Below, piece by piece: positions 24,147 to 37,800 of a stretch of 64,000 bases of DNA. Each line of letters starts with the position of its first letter. Position 1 is the stretch's first letter. The notes beneath the pieces were generated by a model. That model did not search any database. It was not told the DNA's origin and saw only the letters and a list, made by a program, of their open reading frames with translations. Source of the DNA: Mobula hypostoma (Eukaryota); assembly GCF_963921235.1 (NCBI RefSeq), contig NC_086108.1, forward strand, positions 109,804,001 through 109,868,000, given 5' to 3'. Position numbers and translations under genes: made by a program.

Positions 24147-27100
24147 TTAGCAGAAGTTAGAGAAGTCGATGTTCATGCCATCAGGTTGGAGGCTACCCAG
24201 ACGGAATATAAGGTGTTGTTCCTCCAACCTGAGTGTGGCTTCATCTTTACAGTAGAGGAGGCCGTGGATAGACATGTCAGAATGGGAATGGGATGTGGAA
24301 TTAAAATGTGTGGCCACTGGGAGATCCTGCTTTCTCTGGCGGACAGAGCGTAGATGTTCAGCAAAGCGGTCTCCCAGTCTGCGTCGGGTCTCACCAATAT
24401 ATAAAAGGCCACATCGGGAGCACCGGACGCAGTATATCACCCCAGTCGACTCACAGGTGAAGTGATGCCTCACCTGGAAGGACTGTTTGGGGCCCTGAAT
24501 GGTGGTAAGGAAGGAAGTGTAAGGGCATGTGTAGCACTTGTTCCGCTTACATGGATAAGTGCCAGGAGGGAAATCAGTGGGGAGGGATGGGGGGGGGACG
24601 AATGGACAAGGGAGTTGCATAGGGAGCGATCCCTGCGTAATGCAGAGAGAGGCGGGGAGGGAAAGATGTGCTTAGTGGTGGGATCCCGTTGGAGGTGGCG
24701 GAAGTTACGGAGAATAATATGTTGGACCCGGAGGCTGGTGGGGTGGTAGGTGAGGACCAGGGAAACCCTATTCCTAGTGGGGTGGCGGGAGGATGGAGTG
24801 AGAGCAGATGTATGTGAAATGGGGGAGATGCGTTTAAGAGCAGAGTTGATGGTGGAGGAAGGGAAGCCCCTTTCTTTAAAAAAGGAAGACATCTCCCTCA
24901 TCCTAGAATGAAAAGCCTCATCCTGAGAGCAGATGCGGCGGAGACGGAGGAATTGCGAGAAGGGGATGGCGTTTTTGCAGGAGACAGGGTGAGAAGAGGA
25001 ATAGTCCAGATAGCTGTGAGAGTCAGTAGGCTTATAGTAGACATAAGCTGTCTCCAGAGACAGAGACAGAAAGATCTAGAAAGGGGAGGGAGGTGTCGGA
25101 AATGGACCAGGTAAACTTGAGGGCAGGGTGAAAGTTGGAGGCAAAGTTAATAAAGTCAACAAGTTCTGCATGCATGCAGGAAGCAGCGCCAATGCAGTCG
25201 TCGATGTAGCGAAGGAAAAGTGGGGGACAGATACCAGAATAGGTGCGGAACATAGATTGTTCCACAAACCCAACAAAAAGGCAGGCATAGCTAGGACCCA
25301 TACGGGTGCCCATAGCTACACCTTTAGTTTGGAGGAAGTGGGAGGAGCCAAAGGAGAAATTATTAAGAGTAAGGACTAATTCCGCTAGATGGAGCAGAGT
25401 GGTGGTAGAGGGGAACTGATTAGGTCTGGAATCCAAACAGAAGCGTAGAGCTTTGAGACCTTCCTGATGGGGGATGGAAGTATATAAGGACTGGACATCC
25501 ATGGTGAAAATAAAGTGGTGGGGGCCAGGGAACTTAAAATCATCGAAAAGTTTAAGAGCGTGAGAAGTTTCACAAACATAGGTCGGAAGGGATTGAACAA
25601 GGGGGGATAAAACCGTGTCGAGGTATGCAGAAACGAGTTCGGTGGGGCAGGAGCAAGCTGAGACAATAGGTCGGCCAGGACAGGCAGGTTTGTGGATCTT
25701 GGGTAGGAGGTAGAAACGGGAAGTGCGGGGTGTGGGAACTATAACGTTGGTAGCAGTGGATGGGAGATCCCCTGAGCGGATAAAGTCGGTGATGGTGTGG
25801 GAGACAATGGCCTGGTGCTCCTTAGTGGGGTCACGATCGAGGGGTAAATAAGAGGAGGTATCCGCGAGTTGTCGCTGTGCCTCGGCAAGGTAGAGGTCAG
25901 TACGCCAGACTACAACAGCACCCACCTTATCGGCGGGTTTAATAATAAGGTTAGGATTAGTGCGGAGGGAGTGGAGAGCAGAGCGTTCCGAAGGAGTGAG
26001 GTTGGAATGGGGACAAGGTGCGGTGAAGTCGAGACGGTTGATGTCCCGTCGGCAGTTAGCAATAAAGAGATCCAGAGCAGGCAGAAGACCAGAGCGGGGT
26101 GTCCATGAAGAAGAGGAGGGTTGAAGACGGGAGAAGGGGTCATCGGTGGGGGTGGAAGAGTCCTTGCCGAAGAAGTAGGCTCGGAGACGGAGACGGCGGA
26201 AGAAAAGTTCTGCATCGTGGCGAACACGGAACTCACTGAGGTGTGGGCGAAGGGGGACAAACGTGAGGCCCTTACTGAGGACAGAGCGCTCTGCCTCCGA
26301 CAGTTGAAGGTCGGAGGGGATGGTAAAGACCCGGCACGGATGAGAGCTCGGATCAGAGGGGGGAGGGGGGAGGCTGGGGGTGTCAATGGAGAGGGGAGGG
26401 TTGGGGTGAGAGGAAGATGGAGCCTCTGAGGGCCCAGGAGCTGACGGTGGGATCTGAGGGAGGCGGGGCTGCGGAGTGGTGGTGGGGGAAGGGGAAACGG
26501 GAGTCACAACAGCAGCACATAAAGACCCGGCCTGGAGTTCAAGGGCTAGAGTCGCAGTTGGTGGTTGTGCAATCACTGTGAAGGTGTCCATGGTAGTTGC
26601 TGGAGTCCGGGTTTTGAATATGCCCTGAGGTGTTGGAGCCGGCGAGATCAATGGCAGGGGCCGCAATCTGAAGTTCATGCCTACTAGTTTCAGGGCCAGC
26701 AGGCTCTGGAGTCCGTAGATGTAGGATCTTGCGATCTTTGCCTAACATGACAAGGTCAAAAAAACGGCGATCGCAGGCGTGAATCCGACGGAGGATGAAA
26801 TAACGGGTAGGACCATTACAGACGGCGAAGAAAGTGTCCCGAAGGTGTGGAAGGATCTGGGATAGGGACACCAAGTACCTCCTCATGGCGGAGAGCGTCG
26901 CCTTCAGAGCTTGACGGGAGAAGCGGCGAGAGGCAGAGTCAATAAAATGTGAGTACCTGGGATCCTCAGAAGGTCCAAATTGAGAGGCTTGGAAACGAAT
27001 CCTAAAGCCAACTGGAGTAAGTTGGCGACGGAGGCACGTCCCAAGAAAGGATATATGGCTGTGATAGCGAGTCTGAGTCAAAGTGTGGTCGAAAAGTTGA

Positions 27101-27192
27101 AGAGCCGAAGAAATTACAGATGGGGAGCAGTGAGAGATGGTTTCACTGAACTCCCATCGAAGAGAGGATCTAAACTTCTTCGGTGTAGGCAT
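24147..27192 (-). pseudogene. Penelope-like RT / GIY-YIG endonuclease polyprotein, broken by about three frameshifts
   Basis: N-terminal HISFLGTCLRRQLTPVGF. RT motifs IIKPADK, FYLLPKIHK, GRPIVS, MDVQSLYTSIP, GVAMGTRMGPSYA, RYIDD. Cys-rich linker PCKRNKCYTC...FTC, then VIYCVRCSRCGLLYIGET. Split across ORFs 26539-27270, 25032-26678, 24470-24901 and 24147-24620. Confidence 0.92.
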
Positions 27193-27326
27193 CACCAGAA
27201 GAGGCTTCGCAGTAGTGAATTTAAACGCAAACAACAGGAATTCTGCAGATGCTGGAAATTCAAGCAACACACATCAAAGTTGCTGGTGAACGCAGCAGGC
27301 CAGGCAGCGTCTGTAGGAAGAGGTGC

Positions 27327-27362
27327 AGTCGACGTTTCAGGCCGAGACCCTTCGTCAGGACT
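27327..27362 (-). ncRNA. Minimal type I hammerhead ribozyme motif in the 5' pseudo-LTR
   Basis: Identical 36-mer to 23820-23855. Confidence 0.85.
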
Positions 27363-27414
27363 ATTCAGCAGGAGGGTGATCTCTAAGGTCACCTCTCAGC
27401 CTCTTACCTACCAT

Positions 27415-27955
27415 AGTCATAGTCATACTTTATTAATCCCGGGGAAATTGGTTTTCGTTACAGTTGCACCATAAATAATTAAATAGTAATAAAACCATAA
27501 ATAGTTAAATAGTAATATGTAAATTATGCCAGGAAATAAGTCTAGGGCCAGCCTATTGGCTCAGGGTGTCTGACCCTCCAAGGGAGGAGTTGTAAAGTTT
27601 GATGGCCACAGGCAGGAATGACTTCCTATGACACTCTGTGTTGCATCTCGGTGGAATGAGTCTCTGGCTGAATGTACTCCTGTGCCCAACCAGTACATTG
27701 TGTAGTGGATGGGAGACATTGTCCAAGATGGCATGCAACTTGGACAGCATCCTCTTTTCAGACACCACCGTCAGGGAGTCTAGTTCCATCCCCACAACAT
27801 CACTGGCCTTATGAATGAGTTTGTTGATTTTGTTGGTGTCTGCCACCCTCAGCCTGCTGCCCCAGCACACAACAGCAAACATGATCGCACTGGCCACCAC
27901 AGACTTGTAGAACATCCTCAGCATCGTCTGACAGATGCTAAAAGACCTCAGTCTC
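27415..27955 (-). mobile_element. Rex1/Babar-like 3' fragment
   Basis: MFYKSVVASAIMFAVVCWG...RKSFLPVAIKLYN; (atgact)n tail. Confidence 0.8.
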
Positions 27956-30900
27956 CAGTGAGAACAATCCCAGCCTATCCAATCTCTGAAGTTCCAAGGT
28001 TCAAAGGTTCATTTATTATAAAAAGTATGTATGCAGTATACAACTTTGAGATACGTCTCCTCTACATAACCATGAAACACAGAAAACCACCGAGGTCATT
28101 CAGAGAAAAACATCGAACCCACCCTTCCCCCACACAAATAAAACTGAATTCCAGTGAGTACGGGCCCCAAAGCTGCCAGACACTCCTCATATTCATTCCC
28201 GGAATCATCCTCATGAACCTCCTCTGGACTCTCTCCAATGACAACACATCCTTTCTGAGATAAGGGGCCCAAAAGTGTAGACAATACTCCAAGGGCAGCC
28301 TGACTTGTGTCTTATAAAGCCTCAGCATTCAAGGTAGGAAAAGAGAGTGGACCATGGAAGAAAGGAAAGGAGGAGGGGCACCAGGAGGAGGTGATAGGCG
28401 GGTGAGGAGAAGAGGTAAGAGGCCAGATTGGGGAATAGAAGAAGAGGGAAGCAGGGATGAAAAGAAAATTACCTAGAGGAGAGATCGATGTTCTGCCATT
28501 GGGTGGGATGCTACCTATATGGAATGAGGTGTTGCTCCTCCAGCCTGAGAATGGAGTTGCCTCATCATGGCAGAAAAGGAAGCCATGTCAGAATGGGAAT
28601 GAGGATAGGAATTAAAATAGGTTGCTACCGGGAATTCATTCTTCTTTGCGGAGCATAGAGCACAGAGCACTCTGACTGGTTGCATCACCGTCTGGTACGG
28701 AAGCTCCAATGCATGGGATCTGAAGAGGCTGCCGAGTGTTGTAGTCTCATCCAGCTCCATCACGAGCATAACCTGCCCCATCACCGAGGACATCTCCAAA
28801 AGATGGTGTGTCAAGAAGGAAGCAAACATTACTAAGAGGCTGTACCACCTGAGACATGCCCTCTTCTCATTACCACCACACGGGAGGAGGTGCAGGAGCC
28901 TGAAGACCAACACTCATTGATCCAGGAACAGCTTTCTCCCCTTTGCCAGCAGATTTCTGAAAGGACCATGAACCGCTGACACTACCTCACTACTCCTTCA
29001 TTTTTGCACTATTTATTTACATAATTTACAGTATTTTCATGTCTTTGCACTGTGGTGCTGCTACAAAACAATGCATTTCACATCACAAGCACAAGAGATT
29101 CTGCAGATGCTGGAAATCCAAAGTAACACACACAAAATGCTTGAGGAACTCAGCAGGTCAATCAGCATTTCCTTCATCATGTTCCCTTCTGTTCTCCTTA
29201 TCTGCCTTTGACCTCCCCCTGGAGCCCTTCCTTCCATGGTCCACTCTCCCCTCCTATCAGATTCCTTCTTCTCCAGCTCTTGACCTTCTCCACCTATCAC
29301 CTCCCAGCTTCTTACTCATCCCTCCCTCCCCATCCACCTGGCTTCACCTATCACCACCCAGCTTCTTACTCATCCCTCCCTCCCCTCCTCTGGCTTCATC
29401 CCCCTTCCTGATGAAGCGTCTCAGCCCAAATTTCACGTCATAACGCCCATGGCAATAAACCTGATTCTATGCACAAGTGTTGCCACTCGATAATTTTAGA
29501 TTTTGCATTCCCAGTGTCTGCAGTATTGTCTTTGATTTTCACGGGTGGGGAATTTTCACATCCATCACTGCTCTTACATCTACCCTGGCACCCTGAGGTT
29601 CGAATCTAAATGGTCACAAATTTGTGCAGAGAGCCCCAGCCACACGGGGAGCAAACGAGTGGAACGCCCAGAAATTATTATCGTTAAGCAACCTGGGACG
29701 AAAAGTGATTTGCACTTGTGGAGTCGATGCATTATGGCGAGCACTAGTGAGCTTCCTACTGGTAGTTTTATGGTGGGATACAGCTGTTTCGCGGTGAAGT
29801 TATATCACTTGTTATTAGCAGATAACTCTTTAAGAGCTTTCCTTCAAACGCCGCGATTGCAGGCAAAGGCCACTGAGGCTCATTAACCAAGCTGAGTAAA
29901 AATGGTAAGCACGGATAGTGCATCTGTTGTCTGTGTCACACAGTGTGAATTCAGCTTCGCATCTTTCCGAGGACAAGTCAACATTCAAAATTTAAGATTG
30001 TTTAGTTATGTCCAGTACACAAATGTAATGGAGAAGAATATAGTTGTTACTCCAGATCCAACAGAACACCAAGAAAAACACAATAATATTAAAAATCATA
30101 GTAAATATTAATACATAAGATAGCCTATAATCATAGATTGATTCTATGTCCATGAAATGACACTAGGTTCCTTAAGGTTGTTATAGTAAGGATATGCTCC
30201 CACTACCTATTAAATGTTCCCATTGGGGTGACATGTTAGTGTAGTGGTTAGCACAATGCTTTACCGTAGCAGTGACCCTGGGTTCAATTCTTGCCACTGC
30301 CTGTAAGTTTGTATCTTCTCCCCATGACCACGTGGGTTTCCTCCCACAGTCCAAAGACCTCCTGGTTGGTAGGCGAATTGGTCATTGTAAATTGTGGGTC
30401 GCTGAGTGGCATGGTTCAAAAGGCCAGAAAGGCCTATTCTTTTCTGTATCACAATAAATAAATACTTCCCCTGACAACCAAGTCCGGCTCCTGGCCTTCA
30501 CATGTGGCTCAGTTACAAATCCCGTTGGAGCTGCTTCCACTTCGGGGGAAAGGGGAAAACTTGGGTTACTGGCACCCTAAAGCCAGTTGCTACGGACAGA
30601 TGGGGTTCATGTGCTGTGGTTGGCAGCTCATCTAGGAGAAGGAAAGCTCTGATTTCAATCCTCCTCCCTGATGGGAGTGGGACCAACAGTCCATGAGGAG
30701 GGTAGATGGGATCCTTCGTGATGTTACTGGCCCTTTTCTGTCACCTTTCCGTGTATATGTCCTCGATGGCGGGTTGGCGTTAGGCAGTTTTGACCACCCG
30801 CGGTAAAGCGTTCCTAAGCGTCTGTATCGCACAGTGTGAATTCAGCTCCACAGCTTTGAGAGGACAAATCCATTGATGCCTCACTTCACAGGCAGAGGCC

Positions 30901-31519
30901 AAAATAAGTGCCAAACTGAATCCTTTTTCTAATTAGGAAGCTGAAATACAGTATTTGAGGCTGTCACATGTGAGTGTACTGAGTTTCGTAATAAGATACC
31001 AATTTCCATTGTAGGCCTTCACATAACAATTTGTTCCTGGCTCTGTACTTTCCGGACCTGTAGGGTATTGAACAGTACGGCACAGGGAAAGGCCATGCAG
31101 CCCACAATGTCTGTGCTGACCATGATAACCATTTACATCCCATCGGCCTGCTCATGATCCCTATCCTTCCATTCCTGCCTGTTCATGAGCCTGACTAAAT
31201 GCCTCTTAAACTGACAAGATTAGCTTTATTTGTCACACGTACATCAAAACAGCGCAGTCCGAGGATTGTGCTGGGGGCAGCCCACAAGTGTCTCCACACC
31301 TCAAGTGCCAACGTAGCATGCCCACAACTTATAAACACACGAGATTCTGCAGATGCTGCAAATCCAGAGCAACACACACAAAATGCTGGAGGACCTCAGC
31401 AGGTCAGGCAGCATCTACGGAGAGGAATAAACGGTCAATGTCTCAGGCCAAGACCTTTCTTCAGGACTGGAAAGGAAGTGGGAAGAAGCCAGAATAAAAG
31501 AAGAGGGGAGGGGAAGGAG

Positions 31520-32350
31520 ACCATAGGACTTATGGTATTGGAACAGAATTAGGCTATTTGGCCCATCGAGTCTTCTCCACCATTTCATCATGGCTGCTCC
31601 ATTTCCCTTCCAACCCCAATCTTCTGCCTTCCTCCATATCCCGAACAATCAAGAATCTATCAGCTTCTATCTTAAATATACATAAAGACCTGCCTTCCAC
31701 AGCTGCCCGTGGCAAAGAATTCCACCACAGATTCACCACTCTCTGGCTAAAGAAATTCCTCCTCATCTCTGTTCTAAAAGGATGCCCCTCTGTTTTGAGG
31801 CTGGATCCTATGGTCTTAGACTTTCCCACCAAAGGAAACATCCTCTCCATTCTTCTGAATTCCAGTGAATACAGGCCCAAAGTTAGCAAATGCTCTTCAT
31901 ATGACAAGCCATTTAATCCTGGAATCATTTTCATCAACCTCCTTTCAATCCTCTCCAGCTGTAGCACATCTTTTCTAAGAGGCCCATACCTGCTCACAAT
32001 AGTTCAAGTGAGGCCTCACCAGTGCTTTATAAAGTCTCAACATTATGTCCTTGCTTTTATATTCTAGTCTTCTTGAAATGAATGCTAATATTACATTTGC
32101 CTTCCACACCACAGACTCAACCTGCAAGTTAACCTTTAGGGAATCCCAAGTCCCTTTGCATCTCAGTTTTTTTTGTATTTTCTATCCACTTAGAAAATAG
32201 TTCATCCTTTCATTTCTTCTACCAAAGTGCATGACCATAAGCTTTCCGACACTGTATTCCATCTGCCATTTCTTTGCCCATTCTCCTAATCTGTCTAGTA
32301 AGTCGTTCTGTAGCCTAGCTACTTCCTCAAAACTACCTGCCCCTCCACCT
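31520..32350 (-). mobile_element. CR1 3' fragment
   Basis: LGLYSLEFRRM...EMRRNFFSQRVVNLW. Confidence 0.85.
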
Positions 32351-32715
32351 ATTAGGAGGATAGTTAGAAGGTGACAGGTGAAGCCAGGTATGTGGGAAAG
32401 GCAAAGTGCTGAAGAAAGAATCTAATAGGAGAGGAAAGTGGATCATAGGAGAAAGAGAAGGAGGAGGGGACCCAGGGGTAAATGGTCAGAGTGGGGAATA
32501 GAAGAAAAAGGGAGGGAAAGGGAAATTTTTCTTTTACTGGAAGGACAAGTTGATATTCATGTCATCAGGTTGGAGGCTACCCAGAATAAGATGTTTTTCC
32601 TCCACCTGAGGGTGGTGTCATCATGGCACAGAGGAGGCCATGAACTGACCTGTCGAAAGAGGAATGGGAATTGAAATTAAAATGTCTGGCCACCAGGAAG
32701 TTCCACTTTCAGCAG
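32350..32715 (-). mobile_element. Degenerate Penelope-like 3' fragment (a similar one lies at ~28330-28650)
   Basis: gttgatattcatgtcatcaggttggaggctaccc matches 24166-24197. Confidence 0.7.
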
Positions 32716-33289
32716 ATGGATGCCCACAACTTATACCTAACCCATACACTTTTGGAAGGTAGAAGAAAACCGGAAACACACGCGGACACAGAACGTACAA
32801 ACTCCGTACAGACAGTGGTGGGAATCGAACCCATCGGTAACTGTAACGCTACCACGTCACCCATAAAACATTGCACACACAGAATGCTGAAGGAACTCAG
32901 CAGGTCAGGTAGCATTTATGGAGGGGAAAAAACAGTTCACATTTTGGCCTAAGACCCTTTCTCCAGGACTAGACTTGGGTCGATTGTTTATTCCCCTCGA
33001 TGTTGCCTGACCTGCTGAGTTCCTCCAGCATTCTGTGTGAGTTGTTTTGGACCTCCAGCATCTGCAGAATCTCTTGTATCTCCTAAAATTTGCTCATGTG
33101 GCTACTTCCACCACCTCCCCTCAAATCCTCACACCCTTAACCGTCAATCTGCAATATCAAATGCTATTCGTTACCCAGGGACGGCCTGAACTTAAACCCA
33201 TTGCTTTGTGGCATAGACCCAAGCAGTTGTGCCAGGGAGGTGTGTCTACCTTGACACCAAGGATGGATATACCGCTCAAGGCAGAGCTG

Positions 33290-34075
33290 GGCTGCCAAAT
33301 GGGAGATGGAGTTCAACCTGGAAAAGTGTGGTGATTCACTTTGGAAGGCTGAAGTTGAAGGTAGGATACAGGGTTAATGGCAGTTCTCCTAGCAGGGTGG
33401 AGAAACAGAGGGCTCTTGGGGTCCATGTCCATAGATCCTTCAAAGTTGCTGCACAAGTTGATAGGGTGATTATGAAGGCATATGGTGCGTTGGTCTTCAT
33501 TAGTCAGGGGATTGGGTTCAAGAAGCATGAGATAATGTTGCAGCTCCGTAAAACCCTGGTCAGACAGACCACACTTGGAATATTGTGTTCAGCTTTGATT
33601 GTCTCGTTATAGGACAGTTGTAGAAGCTTTAGAGAGGGTACAGAGGAGATTTACCAGAATTCCACCTTGATTAGAGAGCATTTATTTTGAGGACAGTTTG
33701 AGCGAGCTTAGGCTTTCATCTTTGCAGTGAAGGAGGATGAGAAGTGACTTGATAGAGATATACAAGATGATAAGAGGCATATATCGAGTGAAAAGCCAGA
33801 GACTTTTTCCCAGGGTGGAAATGGCTAATACGAGGAGACATAATTTTAAGTTGATTAAAGGAAAGCATAGGGGGATTGTCAGAGGCAGATCTTTTACATA
33901 GAGAATGGTGGGTGCATGAAATGTCCTGCCAAGTGAGTGGTAGAGGCCAATGCAGTACATAAAGGACATTTAAGAAACTCTTAGATAAACACATGGATGA
34001 TAGAAGAATGGAGGGTTATGTGGGAGGGAAGGGTTAGATTGATCTTAAGAGTTATGCAAGTTAAAAGGCCAGTTT
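33290..34075 (+). mobile_element. CR1 3' fragment
   Basis: LGVHVHRSFKVAAQVDRVIMKAYG followed by a CR1 3' UTR. Confidence 0.85.
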
Positions 34076-34150
34076 AGTACCATGGTTCGAATTGCCTGCA
34101 TTGTGCTATGTTCTGCGTTGTCTGAAGTTAACTGAGCCAGTGTGACCTAC

Positions 34151-34311
34151 CCGGAGTTGGAGAAACAATTCCACAAGCCCTGTCCGTGGCTCCAGAGCAA
34201 GCGGTTGAAGACGCGGTTGAAGATCCGGTAGAGCCGGAGAGTTTCCACGTCCTGCACCTTCCACACTCGTTGCAGCATAGCTCGAACATTGGTCCGCACA
34301 ATGTCCAGCAC
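34151..34311 (-). CDS. TTLL7: TTLL7 coding exon (161 nt, phase 0 to 2): VLDIVRTNVRAMLQRVWKVQDVETLRLYRIFNRVFNRLLWSHGQGLWNCFSNS(G)
   Basis: Acceptor cttctttggccttttAG and donor GG/GTAGGT. LYRIFNRVFNRLLWSxGQGLWNCF matches the TTLL7 C-terminal motif as I recall it. Confidence 0.95.
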
Positions 34312-34378
34312 CTAAAAGGCCAAAGAAGCAGCACAATTCAAAGTGAGTTGATTATTAAAGTACATCTGTTAACATATA

Positions 34379-34895
34379 CAGGTGTCCCCCGCTTTACGAA
34401 CGATCGCTTTACCCCACTTCGTTTTTACAAAAGACCTACATTAGTACCTGTTTTCACTAACCAAAAGAGGATTTTCGCTTTTACGAAAAAAGATGCCCGC
34501 TTTAAACTTGTGCTTACCCCGAGAAAGACTACCATGACCGTGAAGCCTTGCGCGGGCAGGTGTATGCGCATGCGTGTACGTGCCGATTTTTTTCTACAAA
34601 TTGCTTTTGGCTAAATCTTCCCGATTCTGTTAAGTGAAACTGCACTGTACATACATTATTTCTACTTTATATAGGCTGTGTATTTATCATTTCATACCTG
34701 CTTTTACTATATGTTAGTGTTATTTTATGTTTTATATGCTATATGGTATGATTCGGTAGGTTATTTTTTGGGTCTGGGAACGCACAAAAATTTTTCCCAT
34801 ATGAATTAATGGTGACTGCTTCTTCACTTTACGCCATTTCAGCTTACGAACGGTTTCATAGGAATGGTCTACCTTCGGATAGCAGGGGAAACCTG
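34379..34895. mobile_element. pogo/Tigger-like MITE
   Basis: TIR caggtgtcccccgct / agcaggggaaacctg, with TA on both sides (34377-34378 and 34896-34897). Confidence 0.8.
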
Positions 34896-37800
34896 TACTA
34901 CCTTGGGAGCTTTCTTTCCCTGTAGGTGTTTACGGGAAAAATAAAGAAATACAATAGAATTTATGACAAAGCCAAGCAGAAGCCAAAACTGACAAACAAC
35001 CAATGTGCAAAAAAAGATAAACTGTGCAAATATGAAAAAAATAAATAAATAATACTGGGAACATGAGTTATTGAGTCCTTGAAAATGAGTCCATAGGTTG
35101 TGGAATCAATTCAATGTCCAGGAGAGTGAAGTTATCCACACTGATTCAGGAGCCTGATGGTTGAGAGGTAATAACTGTTCCTGAGAGGGAGACATTGAAG
35201 AAGGGGGAGGGCAGGAAGGGGAGAGAGGGGGCAGGGAGGGGGAGGAAGGGGAGAGGATGGGGAAGGGGGAGAAGGAAAGGGATAGGGAGAAAGAGGGAGG
35301 GCCAGATGGGAATGGGGAGAGGGAGAGGGGGAAAAGGGGCAAGTGGGCAAAGGGGAGCGGGAGAGAGAAAGAAGGAATTTGCCTGAGCAGCCGAAAATGC
35401 AGCCTTGAAAACTTCTGATCCTCTAGAATCTCAAACAGAGATTCTTTTGGAACTGGACTAGAATGCATATACAAGGAGTAAGACAACGGGGGAGAAAAAA
35501 CAAAAAACATATACTGTACAGGGTTATTGCATTCCTGGAAGACTATCTTCTATAGCACAAACCTTAATTTTTCCATTGAATCCCATATTATTTGGAAATG
35601 CATTCCTACAGGACAATTTTTCTCTCAACAGAAAGGCCCCCACGTGTGTATGGTCTATAGATCATGGAATTCTGATTGTATTGTCAATGGAGGAGAAAGG
35701 GTTGCTGTTTTAATTAACTGGAAATGGATGTTACTATGATAAAATATTGTTGTACACATATCAACAGAAGAGATTGCCTTGTCACTTTCCAAAGCCAATC
35801 CTTTAAGTGGCCTCCTGTTATGAACCTTGGTAAATAATCAGTTCTTTTTTATTTTATAAATTTATTTATTTATTTATATTTATTTAGAGATAGAGTGCCG
35901 AGCAGGCTCTTCCAGCCCAATGAACTGCACTGCCCAGTAACCGACCTATTTTTACACAAGCCTGATCACAGGACAATTTATGGTGACCAATTAACCAGTA
36001 CATCTTTGGACTGTGGGAGGGGATCTGGAGCTACCCAAAGGATTGTTCATGGGATGAACACACAAACTCCTTGCAGAACAGCACTGGAATTGAGCTCCAA
36101 ACTCTGGAATGCCCTGAGCTGGAAGAATGTCTCGCTAACTGCTACATTACCATGACACCCTAACAACTTGCCTTTACATTTAGTGTTTATATATTTTCAC
36201 ATAAATTCTATAAGAGAAAATTTTCTGTACTGCTAATTTTTTGTAGTGGTTTGTAGATTCAATAAGGGCAAAATGATTCAATAAGAGCCCATGACCATGT
36301 TTGTTTTGGGCAATTTTTTCTACAGAAGTAGTTTGCTATTGCCTTCTTCTGGGCAGTGTCTTTACAAGATGGGTGACCCCAGCCATTATCAATACTCTAC
36401 AGAGATCGTCTGCCTGGTGTCAGTGGTCACATAACCAGGACTTGTGATATGCACCAGCTGCTCGTATGACCATCCACCACCTGCTCCCATGGCTTCATGT
36501 GACCCTGATCAGGGGGTTAAGCAGGTGCTACACCTTGCCCAAGGCCAGCAGAGAGGACTGTGTTATACCTCCTTTGGTAGAGACACATCTCCATCCCATC
36601 ACCCAGATAGATAGATGGGATAAATAGTCAGGGGTTTACTCTAAGGGTAGAGGAATCTGGAACAAGGGGGTGCAGATTTAAGGTGAGAGGACAGAAAATT
36701 TAAAGAAATTCTGATGGATTGTTTTTTTACACCGATGCTGGTGGTGATGGGCTGTGGAGGAGGGAAGGGATAGATTAATTGTGGAATAGGTTAAAATGTC
36801 AGTACAACATCATGGGGTGAAAGGTCTGTACTGTGCTGAACTGCACTGCATTCTATATGGAACGAGCTGGTTTGCATTCATCTGCAGCTGCACTGGTGCA
36901 TGATGAAGAACTGTTACGTGCTTGATCTTGCAGAAACATGGCTCCAGGACAACATCCCAGTCACCATCAACCTGCAGGCCAGGACACTCAGGGACTTGGA
37001 CTATATTATTTTTTAGTGACTGTATGTTTCTCTGCTATCAGAACTATATGTGCCTTGTGCTGTGTGTGACTGTTGGTACTGTGTTTTGCACCTTGATCCC
37101 AGAGGAACACTCTTTGGTTTGGCTGTATTCATGGGTATGGTTGAATGACAATTAAACTTGAACTTGAACATGGATAGACACAACAAATAATCTGCTGGAA
37201 GATGTCAGTGGTTAAGTAGCATCTGTGGGCGGAAAGGAATTGTGTGTTTCGGATTTTAACCCTGATTCAAAGTTCAAAAGTTCAAAGCTCAAAATCAAAT
37301 TTTCTTTTCAATATTTTCTTGTACTCTGTATTCTTCTACGTAGAGACTAATAAAAATATTGAAAAGAAAATTTTCTGTCAGAGTACATACACGTCACCAC
37401 CTACAACCCTGAGATGCTTTTTCTGCAGGCATACCTAGCAGATCTATGGAACAGTAACCATAAATTGTAAGCATCAGCAATTGTTAACTGCAAACAAACT
37501 GCAACTGCAGAAAAAATAAATAGCAATAAATAATGAGTATGAAATAACAATATAACAGTGTCTGATTCAGGACGGAGAAAGTGATAGGGACGGGTACCAT
37601 TACAACATTTAAAAGACATTTGGACAGGAACATGGGTAGGAAAGGTTAAGATGGATTTGGGCCAAGCATAAGCAAATAGAACAAGTTCAGGGAAGCATGG
37701 ATGAGTTGGGATAATGGCCTTTTACCCTGATGTCTGGCACTATGCCTTTGAGATGCAGGACAATTCAGGAGCACCTGGGGCAATGTCCAAGCCACACAGG

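Larger units (their letters stand above)
23720..27363 (-). mobile_element. Near full-length Penelope-like retroelement (Neptune-type) with direct terminal repeats (pseudo-LTRs)
   Basis: A ~140 bp direct repeat at ~23720-23856 and ~27227-27363 brackets an RT-GIY-YIG coding region; the purine/pyrimidine-skewed 3' UTR spans ~23860-24146. Confidence 0.93.
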
